Positions 33,388-45,873 of a stretch of 64,000 bases of DNA are shown here, one piece after another. Where the stretch lies: positions 1 to 64,000 of the forward strand of contig OZ037839.1 in assembly GCA_964035575.1 (NCBI GenBank), written 5' to 3'. The stretch is from Rhynchopus sp. YZ270_cl-10 (taxonomy: Eukaryota). Position 1 is the first letter of the stretch. Each line of letters opens with the position of its first letter. A program made the position numbers and the translations under genes. The notes beneath the pieces were generated by a model, which did not search any database, was not told the DNA's origin, and saw only the letters and a program-made list of their open reading frames with translations.

Positions 33388-34393
33388 CAGGTAAAATAAG
33401 GGGACACATAGCTGCTGACATAGCTTTTCCTATCTAAATTAATACCTACTCGGAATTTTTCACCGATTTTTTTTTTAATGAACTCAGAAACTTAACTCTG
33501 AGTTCATTGTAAAAAAAAATCTTATAAATTTTAATTAATAAAGATAATTCCCCTGTATTTTACTAAGGGAAAATCCCTAGTAAAATACAGGCAAAAATCC
33601 AGGTAAAAATCACTTTGTCTTGATTTTTAAGTAAAAATACAGGGTGCAACGAAACCAGAAAAAAACTTCACCATTGGACGTTTCTGGGTTCCGAGCTTCC
33701 AACACAAAATTTTTGTATTTTTTTTTCGCGAATTTTTTTAACTTAGCACTGCATGTGCTTAGAAAACCCGAATTTTTTACCCTTCAAAATTGCATTTGAG
33801 GAACTCACAACGCGTCAAAACGAAAAGGTCGTTTTTGGCACTTTTAAAACCGGGCTCCGCTGAGTTCACCATATTTTTGCTCGATTTATTTAGTGGAGTA
33901 ACTAATTAGTAATCGCATTCTCGGACAAAAACTCGGGACGAGGTGTTAGTAGGGGGTGGATAGCTAGGGTAATTCCTTCACAAAAAGCTGTCCAAAGTAT
34001 TATTTTGTACTTAGGCGTTTTCCGGCATTTTTTTTATTTTTTTTTTATTTTTTATTTCCCCCTTTTTTTCCTCCCAGAATTTTGGGGTTGGGGGCTCTCG
34101 CGTGAATTGGTACAATTGGTGCTTCCCGGGGGGTATGCATTTCACAAAATTTCACAAAATTTCAATTCAATTCACAACTTTTCACAACTTTTCACAACTT
34201 TTCACCAATTTTGACACGCCTGAAGGGTGTGTAAGTTGTGAACAGTGGTGACACTGCATCCTAGTCCCCCCTCCCCCCTCCCCCCTATTGTGATACCCAA
34301 AGTGACTAAAAAAATTTTCCACCAATTTTTGCCCACAAAAAATAAAAAAAATAACCCCCCCTGAATATTGTTTACGACCCATAATATTACCTG
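33388..34393. mobile_element. Possible Tc1/pogo-like MITE
   Basis: Imperfect TIRs CAGGTAAAATAAGGGG and (reverse complement) CAGGTAATATTATGGG, each flanked by TA. Interior is AT-rich and non-coding. Confidence 0.35.
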
Positions 34394-34719
34394 TATACCG
34401 TTTTCCGTTTACGAAACCATACCGTTTACGAATAATTATTCCTTGATTCCGCGGAATAAGATTTATTAATTTTGAACCTGGATGGATGATGGTGTCAATT
34501 TGCGCTGAGAAAAGAGTTTCTTTAACCTGAAATACCTTGTGCGTGAGTTTTTGTGCATTTTTTGTTTCTACATGAATTGTGTGTAAGTTCCTGTGTGGGT
34601 TGTTTGGTGATCGATGAGGTTAGAACAACTGAAAAAGTAGGCGAGTGGATGAGTTACTTTGTGTGTTTGAGATTTTACTTTTTGTTTTTTGAAAACTTGG
34701 TTGTATTAGTGTAGCCACC

Positions 34720-34961
34720 CTAGACATAGTGTGCACACGAGTCGTATTATCGTAATTATCGTATTCGGGATCTGAGCCAAAGATTATCGCATACGACTCG
34801 TATATTATCGTATACACGATTATGTGTGGAAACCCCGTGTAAAAAAATTATCGTATAGTATCGTATGCGATAATATACGATAATTTCATACGATAATATA
34901 CGATAATTATTATCGTATCCGAATAATCCGATAATACGACTGGTGTGCACACTATGTCTAG
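34720..34961. mobile_element. MITE-like foldback element (~240 bp)
   Basis: TIRs of ~33 bp: CTAGACATAGTGTGCACACGAGTCGTATTATCG and CGATAATACGACTGGTGTGCACACTATGTCTAG. Internal ATTATCGTA micro-repeats occur in both orientations. Confidence 0.8.
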
Positions 34962-35379
34962 AGTGTGCTCCACTATATAGCTTTTTCTCTTTTTTTTTAT
35001 CATTTGTGGCATGACAATACTCTCACCCGCCAAAGTGAGCGCCTTCTTCAAGGTGTAGTCTTTAGTCTTTAACCCATTTCCATATTCCCTCTGCAAACCT
35101 TATCATTTTTTTTTAACAGTAATCTACCGAGGTAGGCCTGATGTATACGTTGTATTATTTTTCCCTTTTCATTCCTCATATTCCCAACTCTGATAAATGG
35201 TGTTTTTTTCTTCATCACAAGAGATCTCTCCGGCTGGGAAGAATAAACAAAACAAAACAAAAAAACTGCAATTTCCAACTGAATATTAATCAAAACTAAT
35301 GGACATCTTTTTTTTTTCCTTTCCCCCCCCCCTCCAATCCACAATTCGTAATCCTCATCACCCTCTAACTCAGAGGAGT

Positions 35380-37980
35380 CTAACTCTCATCAGAGTCTGC
35401 ATCTTCGACAACACATTTGCGTTTTTTATGGGGACGACCCATTTCCTGCTGAGGTGAGGGACAGTAAACATTTTCCGCCTCATTGCGCGTCACATCTTCC
35501 AAATTGTTCTTCTCCAAGAGCTCATCCAACCGCTCAAACCCCGCAGTGCTTCGCTCGTTTGTCATGCTCGTTGCGTTCAGGTATTTCTTGGCTTGCTGGG
35601 TAAAAATGGAACCAAACAAAGTTTCAACCTCTGCCCTTTCAGGTTCAGTCGGAACTGAATCCCTGCGACGGAACACTACTTGTGCACGAAGGACCTCGTC
35701 AGAGATCCGCATGTGACCCACGTTTGCCAACACTTTACGTATTGTTGAACAAACGCCCTCCGAGACTTCAGGAGAAAAGTTGTGAGGAAGTCTCACGTCC
35801 AAGTCTTCTTCCTTGAAGTTGCAGAAATCGTCCAACTCTCGGAGGGTGATGAGGAGTGCCCTGAACGCCATTTCCCGGACGAATCCCACAGGAGTGCTCG
35901 TGTCAGAATCAGTTGGCAGTTCCAGGGGAGGCTTCTTGGCTCTCTTGGAACGCTTGGCGCGGACATCAGCCTGGTTCTCCTCTTCGCGATCACGCTTCCG
36001 CTTCGCAACAGCTCTTGTTCCTTCAGCGGCAAGCACTCGGCGCTCGAGCTTAGCACGAACGGCCTTGCTGTGAGGATTGTCAGCCGCAAGCATTACTAAA
36101 TGCTTGGGTCTGTTCTCCTCCTGGGCAAGCTTCAGCGCTTCCTCGAAAGGCAAAACTGGGTTTGCCACATCGAACATAGCTGCAATAGCAGCTTGAGCCT
36201 CCATTTTGGAGACGGGAAGCTTTTTACCCTCTTGGAGGGTGATGCCTGCAACATCAAGAGGGGTAGCAGACAAGTCTGCACATGAAACCTCGCGCCTGGT
36301 CAGAGTTGCAGCTGCCTGAACAGCCGCTCCTCGGGCAAGCGAAGTCTTTGCCAGTTCCCTGGCGTGAACATCCACATGTGCTCGGAGTTTGGTAGCAAAC
36401 TCAACATGACCATCTCTCTGACGAGTTGGCGTGAAAACCACATTGCAGTGGTAGCACTGGAGCTGTGTGGCGGTAACCGGGGAAAAAATGTTTGACCAGT
36501 ACTCTCCGAGTACCTCAGAGTCGGCGAGCTGTTCCCAAAGTTGGGACGTGTAACTTGCCACAGACAGGGTTTTTTTAACCTTCCCCCCGGCGTTGGCTTC
36601 CGCAACGCTGTTTGCCCTCTGGGCGGAAGACGTGCTCCTAACGTGGTTCACAGTGACCTCCACACAAATTTGTGTATCACATCCAGCCACGTGCTCCCAA
36701 AGTTCAGTCCCCAAAACTTCCTCCCATTCCCCCTCTTGTCCCTGTTTAAAACGAAAAGCAGAAAAATCAAACTTTTTCGACCCAGCGATCCACCTCCTTG
36801 CTTTTATCACCTCGTCCACCTTGTTGTGCAGTGCGGTCATGTTGGCGGGGGTCTGGACCAATAAGGGCTTGCTGTTCTTGACCTCGTCTACGCATTTCTT
36901 GAGGCACACCCCTGGGGCAAACACAATCGACAGGCGCCATTTCGGCAATGTCGTGGCGACTGTGTGCAACTTCTCTGCCCTCTGCTGCTGTGTGGCAAGC
37001 AAAATCTCGTTGAAGCCGTCTCCTTCGCCATCGTTTGTTGGGCCGCTTTGTGTGTCTGCTTGTGTGTGTCCGTCAGTTGCGCCGTTGTCTATGTGTTCTT
37101 CTGCTTGTGTGTGTCCGTCAGTTGCGCCGTTCTGTGTGTGTTCGTCTGCTGTTCCGTTGTCTGTGTGTCCGTTTGTTGCACCGTTTTGTATGTGTCCATC
37201 TGCTCCCTCGTAGAGAGAGAGAGCAGGCGGTGGTGCTGCTGGTGCTGCTGGTGCTGCTGGTGCTGCTGGTGCTGCTGGTGGTGGCTCCGACACAGGGAAC
37301 AATTCGCAGCTCACCGCTCCTGATCGGTCATCTTCAGACTCAGACATGTCGTTCGTGCGTTCGTTCGTAGCACCCACTGTGTCCTCCAGCAAATTCCTCA
37401 GGACTGTGTCGCTGCCACCGCGCAGCTTCGCACACTGCACAGCACTACCCATGCCCCTGCGCACCAAGTCACACAAGGAAGACACAACGTGCGGCGTTCG
37501 CCTCCGCTGCCACAGGTAGTCCCGAAGTTCATCAACACGGATACTCACAGCCTCACGTGCCGCATTCATCACGTGCTGAATCTCTGCATTCAGCGTCTCC
37601 GTCAACGTCTCCAAGCAACGGGCTGCCCAAGCACGTGCCTCATCCGCCAGCACAGCGTCCGTCACTCTGCGGTTCACCTTCCGGATGGCGTACACCTGCA
37701 GGGTGGCAGCAGTGTGGAACCTTCCCTTGAAGTTTCCCCGCTTCACGGCAAGTACCAGCGGAGCTTCCCAGGAAAATGGTTGCCCTCTGGTGGCGTGGTC
37801 GATGGCGTCGTCCAACAGGCCGAAACGCTTCTCAGCCCTGTCCGTGTCCTTCACCACAAATCCGGTCGTCTCAGTGTTTGGGTCCCGTGCAGTGGTGGGG
37901 TCAATCTCGAAAATTGGACAATTTTTTGACCACTTAAATTTTGAGAAATATGAGCCCGGTTGCTTATACGTGGGGCCCAT
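35380..37980 (-). CDS. Hypothetical protein (866 aa) with one C2H2-like finger and low-complexity linkers
   Basis: Long GC-richer ORF in AT-rich flanks. Contains CYHC...HVDVH, (PAA)n and HTQNGATDG repeats, and basic NLS-like clusters. Confidence 0.7.
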   Translation of the reverse strand: MGPTYKQPGSYFSKFKWSKNCPIFEIDPTTARDPNTETTGFVVKDTDRAEKRFGLLDDAIDHATRGQPFSWEAPLVLAVKRGNFKGRFHTAATLQVYAIRKVNRRVTDAVLADEARAWAARCLETLTETLNAEIQHVMNAAREAVSIRVDELRDYLWQRRRTPHVVSSLCDLVRRGMGSAVQCAKLRGGSDTVLRNLLEDTVGATNERTNDMSESEDDRSGAVSCELFPVSEPPPAAPAAPAAPAAPAAPPPALSLYEGADGHIQNGATNGHTDNGTADEHTQNGATDGHTQAEEHIDNGATDGHTQADTQSGPTNDGEGDGFNEILLATQQQRAEKLHTVATTLPKWRLSIVFAPGVCLKKCVDEVKNSKPLLVQTPANMTALHNKVDEVIKARRWIAGSKKFDFSAFRFKQGQEGEWEEVLGTELWEHVAGCDTQICVEVTVNHVRSTSSAQRANSVAEANAGGKVKKTLSVASYTSQLWEQLADSEVLGEYWSNIFSPVTATQLQCYHCNVVFTPTRQRDGHVEFATKLRAHVDVHARELAKTSLARGAAVQAAATLTRREVSCADLSATPLDVAGITLQEGKKLPVSKMEAQAAIAAMFDVANPVLPFEEALKLAQEENRPKHLVMLAADNPHSKAVRAKLERRVLAAEGTRAVAKRKRDREEENQADVRAKRSKRAKKPPLELPTDSDTSTPVGFVREMAFRALLITLRELDDFCNFKEEDLDVRLPHNFSPEVSEGVCSTIRKVLANVGHMRISDEVLRAQVVFRRRDSVPTEPERAEVETLFGSIFTQQAKKYLNATSMTNERSTAGFERLDELLEKNNLEDVTRNEAENVYCPSPQQEMGRPHKKRKCVVEDADSDES

Positions 37981-38249
37981 TTTCGGCTAAAATTTTCCTC
38001 AAAATCTGGTTTTGTAAAATTGACCCTTTACTCCCCCCCCACATCGATTTCAATACTATACCTTACTTCACCTACGGTTGCCCTTACAGGGGGGGGTGAA
38101 GGAAGGTAAGTTGAAAATACCCCCAAAATCTCAACCTGATCTCTTATTCGGCCCTGATCTCTTATTCGCCCCCCCCCAGTAACAAAGTAAAATTAAAAAA
38201 TAACGACACACACTAAGTTCAATTATATCTGTAACATAATCAGATATTG

Positions 38250-41200
38250 AGCCGGCCCCATCACACAAATCAGATCGAAACAGACCAAAACATCATATCT
38301 GGAGCAGAATCTGGGTTCAATTGTGAGACGCTTATTGGTTAGAATCAATTTTCGTAATCTTCAGCAACAAAATCGGGCCCCCTCACACAATTCAGGCAGA
38401 AACAGACCAAAACATCGCATCTGGAGCAGAATCTGGGTTCAATTGTGAGACGCTTATTGGTTAGAATCAATTTTCGTAATCTTCAGCAACAAAATCGGGC
38501 CCCCTCACACAATTCAGGCAGAAACAGACCAAAACATCGCATCTGGAGCAGAATCTGGGTTCAATTGTGAGGCGCTTATTGGTTTTCAATAATTTTCGTA
38601 ATTTTCCGCAACAAAATCGGGCCCCCTTACACAATTCAGGCAGAAACAGACCAAAACATCGTATCTGGAGCAGAATCTGGGTTCAATTGTGAGGCGCTTA
38701 TTGGTTTTCAATAATTTTCGTAATTTTCCGCAACAAAATCGGGCCCCCTTACACAATTCAGGCAGAAACAGACCAAAACATCGTATCTGGAGCAGAATCT
38801 GGGTTCAATTGTGAGGCGCTTAGTGGTTTTCAATAATTTTCGTAATTTTCCGCAACAAAATCGGGCCCCCTTACACAATTCAGGCAGAAACACATCAAAA
38901 CATCGTATCTGGAGCAGAATCTGGGTTCAATTGTGAGGCGCTTATTGGTTTTCAATAATTTTCGTAATTTTCCGCAACAAAATCGGGCCCCCTTACACAA
39001 TTCAGGCAGAAACACATCAAAACATCGTATCTGGAGCAGAATCTGGGTTCAATTGTGAGACGCATATTTGTTTTCATCAATTTTCGTAATTTTCCGCAAC
39101 AAAATCGGGACCCCTCACACAATTCAGGCAGAAACACATCAAAACATCGTATCTGGAGCAGAATCTGGGTTCAATTGTGAGACGCATATTTGTTTTCATC
39201 AATTTTCGTAATTTTCCGCAACAAAATCGGGGCCCCTTACACAATTCAGGCAGAAACACATCAAAACATCGCATCTGGAGCAGAATCTGGGTTCAATTGT
39301 GAGACGCATATTTGTTTTCATCAATTTTCGTAATTTTCCGCAACAAAATCGGGCCCCCTCACACAATTCAGCTCGAAACACATCAAAACATCGCATCTGG
39401 AGCAGAATCTGGGTTCAATTGTGAGACGCATATTTGTTTTCATCAATTTTCGTAATTTTCCGCAACAAAATCGGGACCCCTCACACAATTCAGGCAGAAA
39501 CACATCAAAACATAGGGGGGTCCTAGCAGACCAAATTTCTATGGGAGCCTCTGTCGGAAAAACTATTTTCACGCCTTGTCGGCGGGGGAAAAAAAAAAAA
39601 AAAATTTTTTTTTTGTGACCCTGCACCCCAAAAAAATTTGAAAAAAAAAAATTTTTTTTTTGAGCCAGCTGCCAGCACCTTAGCAAAAATCTGAATCCTG
39701 TGAATCTACCGGAATTTTGTTTCATTTTGCACTTTTCTCCCCGCAAAAAGCGAAAAAAAGTGGTGGGACACTGCGGGACACTGGAAAAAATGTGTTCTGG
39801 AGCAATTCCGTGTGTTTTCGGGGACTTAGGCATATTTTTCAAAAAAAATAGTTTTTCCGACAGAGCTTATTACTAGCTAGGATCCCCCTACAAAACATCG
39901 TATCTGGAGCAGAATCTGGGTTCAATTGCGAGACGCATATTTGTTTTCATCAATTTTCGTAATTTTCCGCAACAAAATCGGGGCCCCTTACACAATTCAG
40001 GCAGAAACATACCAAAACATCGCATCTGGAGCAGAATCTGGGTTCAATTGTGAGGCGCTTATTGGTTTTCAATAATTTTCGTAATTTTCCGCAACAAAAT
40101 CGGGCCCCCTCACACAATTCAGGCAGAAACACATCAAAACATCGTATCTGGAGCAGAATCTGGGTTCAATTGTGAGACGCATATTAGTTTTCATCAATTT
40201 TCGTAATTTTCCGCAACAAAATCGGGCCCCCTTACACAATTCAGGCAGAAACATACCAAAACATCGCATCTGGAGCAGAATCTGGGTTCAATTGTGAGGC
40301 GCTTATTGGTTTTCAATAATTTTCGTAATTTTCCGCAACAAAATCGGGGCCCCTTACACAATTCAGGCAGAAACACATCAAAACATCGCATCTGGAGCAG
40401 AATCTGGGTTCAATTGTGAGACGCATATTTGTTTTCATCAATTTTCGTAATTTTCCGCAACAAAATCGGGCCCCCTTACACAATTCAGGCAGAAACATAC
40501 CAAAACATCGCATCTGGAGCAGAATCTGGGTTCAATTGTGAGACGCATATTTGTTTTCATCAATTTTCGTAATTTTCCGCAACAAAATCGGGCCCCCTTA
40601 CACAATTCAGGTCGAAACACATCAAAACATCGCATATGGAGCAGAATCTGGGTTCAATTGTGAGACGCATATTTGTTTTCATCAATTTTCGTAATTTTCC
40701 GCAACAAAATCGGGCCCCCTTACACAATTCAGGCAGAAACACATCAAAACATCGTATCTGGAGCAGAATCTGGGTTCAATTGTGAGGCGCTTATTGGTTT
40801 TCAATAATTTTCGTAATTTTCCGCAACAAAATCGGGGCCCCTTACACAATTCAGGCAGAAACACATCAAAACATCGCATCTGGAGCAGAATCTGGGTTCA
40901 ATTGTGAGACGCATATTTGTTTTCATCAATTTTCGTAATTTTCCGCAACAAAATCGGGCCCCCTTACACAATTCAGGCAGAAACATACCAAAACATCGCA
41001 TCTGGAGCAGAATCTGGGTTCAATTGTGAGACGCTTATTGGTTTTCAATAATTTTCGTAATTTTCCGCAACAAAATCGGGGCCCCTTACACAATTCAGGC
41101 AGAAACACATCAAAACATCGTATCTGGAGCAGAATCTGGGTTCAATTGTGAGGCGCTTAGTGGTTTTCAATAATTTTCGTAATTTTCCGCAACAAAATCG

Positions 41201-42035
41201 GGGCCCCTTACACAATTCAGGCAGAAACACATCAAAACATCGTATCTGGAGCAGAATCTGGGTTCAATTGTGAGGCGCTTAGTGGTTTTCAATAATTTTC
41301 GTAATTTTCCGCAACAAAATCGGGCCCCCTTACACAATTCAGGCAGAAACACATCAAAACATCGCATATGGAGCAGAATCTGGGTTCAATTGTGAGACGC
41401 ATATTAGTTTTCATCAATTTTCGTAATTTTCCGCAACAAAATCGGGCCCCCTTACACAATTCAGGCAGAAACACATCAAAACATCGTATCTGGAGCAGAA
41501 TCTGGGTTCAATTGTGAGGCGCTTATTGGTTTTCAATAATTTTCGTAATTTTCCGCAACAAAATCGGGCCCCCTTACACAATTCAGGCAGAAACACATCA
41601 AAACATCGTATCTGGAGCAGAATCTGGGTTCAATTGTGAGACGCATATTTGTTTTCATCAATTTTCGTAATTTTCCGCAACAAAATCGGGCCCCCTCACA
41701 CAATTCAGGTCGAAACACATCAAAACATCGCATATGGAGCAGAATCTGGGTTCAATTGTGAGACGCATATTTGTTTTCATCAATTTTCGTAATTTATCGC
41801 AACAAAATCGGGCCCCCTTACACAATTCAGGCAGAAACATACCAAAACATCGCATCTGGAGCAGAATCTGGGTTCAATTGTGAGGCGCTTATTGGATTTC
41901 AATAATTTTCGTAATTTTCCGCAACAAAATCGGGCCCCCTTACACAATTCAGGCAGAAACAGACCAAGACATCACATCTGGAGCAGAATCTGGGTTCAAT
42001 TGTGAGACGCTTATTCGTTTTTATCAATTTTCGAA
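38250..42035 (+). repeat. 122-bp tandem satellite, ~27 copies, in two blocks
   Basis: TCTGGAGCAGAATCTGGGTTCAATTGTGAG recurs every 122 bp. The array is interrupted at 39513-39890. Confidence 0.96.
39513..39890. mobile_element. 378-bp MITE (hAT-like TAG termini) inserted in the 122-bp satellite
   Basis: Ends TAGGGGGGTCCTAGC and GCTAGGATCCCCCTA. Subterminal inverted repeat CTCTGTCGGAAAAACTATTTT. TSD CAAAACA at 39506-39512 and 39891-39897. Confidence 0.85.
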
Positions 42036-42414
42036 ATTCTTCACCAAGACCCCTCAAACGATTGTCCGATGGGTCACTCAACAGCTCTCCTACCTGTAAA
42101 GGTAGGAGCCTGGGCCTTGTGACCCCAGGTGGCGTTTTACCCCACAGAACTACGCAGCGGTTGCCGCATAATCCCTCAGCATCAATTCAGAAGTACACAT
42201 CGTTAAGAAATTTGCCTGCGGTGGGTTAGTGGATTTTGGTGGATATGTGCATTTTTATGATACGCTGGGTGTGGAAAAAAATATATAAAAACATCTTTTG
42301 TTTGGACATATGGGTGTCAGAACGACGTTGTGGAGAGAATGTTGGGTGGGAGGCAGTATTTTACATGATATTTGGCCACTTTGAAAAATCATGAAAATCA
42401 CGTGAAAAACGCCA

Positions 42415-43389
42415 TTGTACTCGGCCCCTACAGAACCATGTATTTTTTTTTGTATTTTTTTTCCCACAAAAAGCGAAAAAAAGTGGTGGGACACTGCGGG
42501 ACACTGGAAAAAATGTGTTTTGGGGCACACCCGTGTGTTTTCTGTGTACTTAGAGAATTTTCGAGAAATATTAATACTTTGGACAGGGGTTCATGGTAGC
42601 TAGCCATCCCCTAGGTGTTAGTGAAATACCAATAAGCATGGATGTTAGCTTTAGGGGGGGGTCTTTCGCGGACGCTCCCATATGAGTGGACCCGAGCCGC
42701 ACTGCTCCCGTTGCACCTTTTTTAAAACCTCTCTAAAAACATTTAGTGGAAAAAACAGACCCATGCAACAAAGAGAAGAAGAAACAAGAAACGCTTAACA
42801 CAGCGTAGTCGTACACGTGACGCACTACACCCCACTTTGGCCTTTATCGGGGGTCTCACAACGGCGACAAAGGAAGGAGTGTAAAGCACAAAGGCACACA
42901 ACCTTGTACTCGGCCCCTACAGAACCATGTATTTTTTTTTGTATTTTTTTTCCCACAAAAAGCGAAAAAAAGTGGTGGGACACTGCGGGACACTGGAAAA
43001 AATGTGTTTTGGGGCACACCCGTGTGTTTTCTGTGTACTTAGAGAATTTTCGAGAAATATTAATACTTTGGACAGGGGTTCATGGTAGCTAGCCATCCCC
43101 TAGGTGTTAGTGAAATACCAATAAGCATGGATGTTAGCTTTAGGGGGGGGTCTTTCGCGGACGCTCCCATATGAGTGGACCCGAGCCGCACTGCTCCCGT
43201 TGCACCTTTTTTAAAACCTCTCTAAAAACATTTAGTGGAAAAAACAGACCCATGCAACAAAGAGAAGAAGAAACAAGAAACGCTTAACACAGCGTAGTCG
43301 TACACGTGACGCACTACACCCCACTTTGGCCTTTATCGGGGGTCTCACAACGGCGACAAAGGAAGGAGTGTAAAGCACAAAGGCACACA
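42415..43389 (+). repeat. Direct tandem duplication with a 489-bp period, containing the right end of a related MITE
   Basis: 42415-42900 is repeated at 42904-43389. It shares AAAAGTGGTGGGACACTGCGGGACACTGG and a ...TAGC...ATCCCCTA end with the 39513 element. Confidence 0.9.
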
Positions 43390-43485
43390 ACCAACCTGTC
43401 TCGCGTAGTCTGTTCAGCACGTAGTGTATTTCTCTGCCCACCTCCCCCGTCATGTCTTGTTGTCTCAACTCCCCAGTGTCTTCAC

Positions 43486-45873
43486 TCACAGCCCCGCCTC
43501 CACAAGGTTAATATATCCGGTGAGTGCACCCCAGTGGTAGAACTGGTCCCCTGTGCAATCTGACGTGTTCTTGTGAGGCCCGTAGTTCTCGCAGATGTGG
43601 CGGTTGTCGCGCCACTGGGACAGAAGGAGCTCCTTCATCTGTGCGCACAACGCCTTCCGACCCGTCACAACTGCGGCTGTTTCGTACTGTTGAAGACCCC
43701 AGAACACAATCTGTGCCAATGGGCCCCACACGTACCCCCTCCAATAACCGAGGGCAGGGTAGGCAGGGTCTGCACGCTGGATTGAGGGGAGTCCCCAGTA
43801 GCAGTCGTCGTGGTTGCCTTTCATGTCCCCCGAGGGGGAGACGCAGAAGTGTTCTGGAGACATCAACCAGTTGGCTGCCATAGCCTCTGCCTGCTCCTCC
43901 GTCGCTGCGTTCACAAGCATGGGGTAGAAAGAGGTGGGGGAAATGCGTGTGGACATTGTGTTATTTTGGAATCTGTTCGTGAAGATCTTCAGGTCGTCGT
44001 TCCAAAGGTGTCGTGAGATGAGGTGGGAAAGCAGGTCTGCGCGAGACTGGAGGGCTGCTGCTTCGTCACGGTTGAGGATTCGTGCGATTTCTGCAAGAGC
44101 TTTTGCATCGCTGGCAACGAGAGAGTTGAACCCAACATCGTAGAGGCCCATCTTGTGCGTGCTTGTGTTGAAGAAGTCACCATCGTACATGGGGGAGTTG
44201 TCAAGGCCCGACTCCAGTGCAGCGTCGTGCATTGTGTTCCCGACGTACCCCGACGAGGGATTTTGTTTTACAGCGAGTTCGTTCCACGAGCCAAGGCACA
44301 CCATGTCGAGGGGCGCAAGGGTTCTCTCACGGAGAAACCAGTTGGACCAATCAAGCATGTCGTCGAAGATGACCTCAAGGAACCATTTGTCGTGGAAGCG
44401 GTTGTAGAGTTCGAGGGCAACCTTTGCACCCACAGGGGGCTCACTCCTGTCCTGTGATTTCAGGCCAGCTGCGCTCTTGTTGGGGATGAACCCTGCTGCC
44501 GTCTTCGACTTCGAGGTTTGGATGAAGTTGCTGTACGCAAGGTCGCGGCTCACAAAGCTGGAAAGGAGGGAGGCAAAGAAGTTATCCCAGTCAAAGATGA
44601 CGTACTTGAAGTCTGTCGATGAGTAGTCCCCCACACGGTCCCACGCACGCGACACAGGGAAGAATGGGCCGTTTTCGAGGGGGGTGTACATGAGGTTCCA
44701 CATCACAGAAGCCTGCACAGCCTCTGCCACTTCTGTCATGTTCTTCTCCCCAAACTCTTCCTCAAGGTGTGTTTGGTGTGCCCTCGCAAGCGCTGCAAAC
44801 GACATCTGTGCAGACTCGACAGATGTAGGCTTCGTGGAAACCACAACAGCACCGTTGTCGAGAGGGAACTCAAGGAAGTCTCCCCCTCGTACACCTCCCG
44901 CTGATGTGTACAAGACGGTCTCATCCAGGCCAGCACCCTGGAGAGTCATGGTGCTGGTGGATGACGTCTTCACCGTGCCTTCTCTGTACCACGCAAATCG
45001 CCCCTTCAGGATGAGAGTGTGTCCAGGGCCGGTTGTGGCCTTCTGGGGAGTGACCAGTAGTGTCATGTCCTTCCCGTCTGGTGATGTTGCGAACTCAATC
45101 GAGACGTTCACGTTCAAGGCGCCGCTGTGATTTCCAACGAAGAGCTGAGAGTAGGACAGGTCTGCTGCGCGTGCACCCGCACGAACCTCGACCCCACCTG
45201 CGCGGAAGGGTTCGATGCATGTTCCGTTGATGCATTGCGTGTCTTTGCACAGGATCGTGGTAATAACGGCGGAGTCTGGCATACGGACCACATCAAGCAG
45301 GTTAAAGTTGTTCCAATTCCCCCACCCTTTCACCAGGGAGCGCTGCATCTTTTCTCTCGTCTCTTCCGCTTCGCCCATAGAGGCAGAGAGCACATCGCTT
45401 GGGATGGGGCTGCACAATGTGTTGTTGTCTCCCCAGCGCATTGTGAAGGAGCTTTGCACCCCAGACACGGATGCGTTCCGGTAGAAGTGGGCCCTCACAG
45501 GCAAGGTGCGTCTTGAGTTGGAGACGAGGAAGGGGCTGTCCACATAGCTGTAGGTGATGTTGGGGTGGGTGGGGTCCTTTCTGAACTTCGAGTCTGTGCA
45601 CACAAGGTGGCCGTCAACCCATACAAAAGCAAGGGAAGTGCCTGCAAAAGAGCAGTTGAACCCATGCCATCCAGAGCGAGGAAAAGTCATGGACCCAGTC
45701 ACAATCGAACTGGAGACCCCACTCCCCACGTCAACCCCCTCAAGCGTGGAGACTGTTCGGCGTGAGGTGGGCTCCCCAGCAAACACGTTGTTCCCGTACC
45801 CTTCAAAAGAGAGCCCTTGTGATGCGGCAGCAGAGAAGGACGCGAAGAGCAGCAGTGCCGTTTTGGTGTGCAT
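43486..45873 (-). CDS. Secreted (alpha/alpha)6 glycoside hydrolase, GH63/MGH1-like (795 aa)
   Basis: Signal peptide (MHTKTALLLFASFSAAASQ). Motifs FDWDNFF, RSEPP, ESGLDNSP, YWRGYVW, ENY and FYHWGA. N-terminal PA14-like beta domain. Confidence 0.85.
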   Translation of the reverse strand: MHTKTALLLFASFSAAASQGLSFEGYGNNVFAGEPTSRRTVSTLEGVDVGSGVSSSIVTGSMTFPRSGWHGFNCSFAGTSLAFVWVDGHLVCTDSKFRKDPTHPNITYSYVDSPFLVSNSRRTLPVRAHFYRNASVSGVQSSFTMRWGDNNTLCSPIPSDVLSASMGEAEETREKMQRSLVKGWGNWNNFNLLDVVRMPDSAVITTILCKDTQCINGTCIEPFRAGGVEVRAGARAADLSYSQLFVGNHSGALNVNVSIEFATSPDGKDMTLLVTPQKATTGPGHTLILKGRFAWYREGTVKTSSTSTMTLQGAGLDETVLYTSAGGVRGGDFLEFPLDNGAVVVSTKPTSVESAQMSFAALARAHQTHLEEEFGEKNMTEVAEAVQASVMWNLMYTPLENGPFFPVSRAWDRVGDYSSTDFKYVIFDWDNFFASLLSSFVSRDLAYSNFIQTSKSKTAAGFIPNKSAAGLKSQDRSEPPVGAKVALELYNRFHDKWFLEVIFDDMLDWSNWFLRERTLAPLDMVCLGSWNELAVKQNPSSGYVGNTMHDAALESGLDNSPMYDGDFFNTSTHKMGLYDVGFNSLVASDAKALAEIARILNRDEAAALQSRADLLSHLISRHLWNDDLKIFTNRFQNNTMSTRISPTSFYPMLVNAATEEQAEAMAANWLMSPEHFCVSPSGDMKGNHDDCYWGLPSIQRADPAYPALGYWRGYVWGPLAQIVFWGLQQYETAAVVTGRKALCAQMKELLLSQWRDNRHICENYGPHKNTSDCTGDQFYHWGALTGYINLVEAGL

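Noticed and set aside
38708..42081. Series of 60-66 aa ORFs
   Set aside because: Translations of the 122-bp satellite, whose period is not a multiple of 3.
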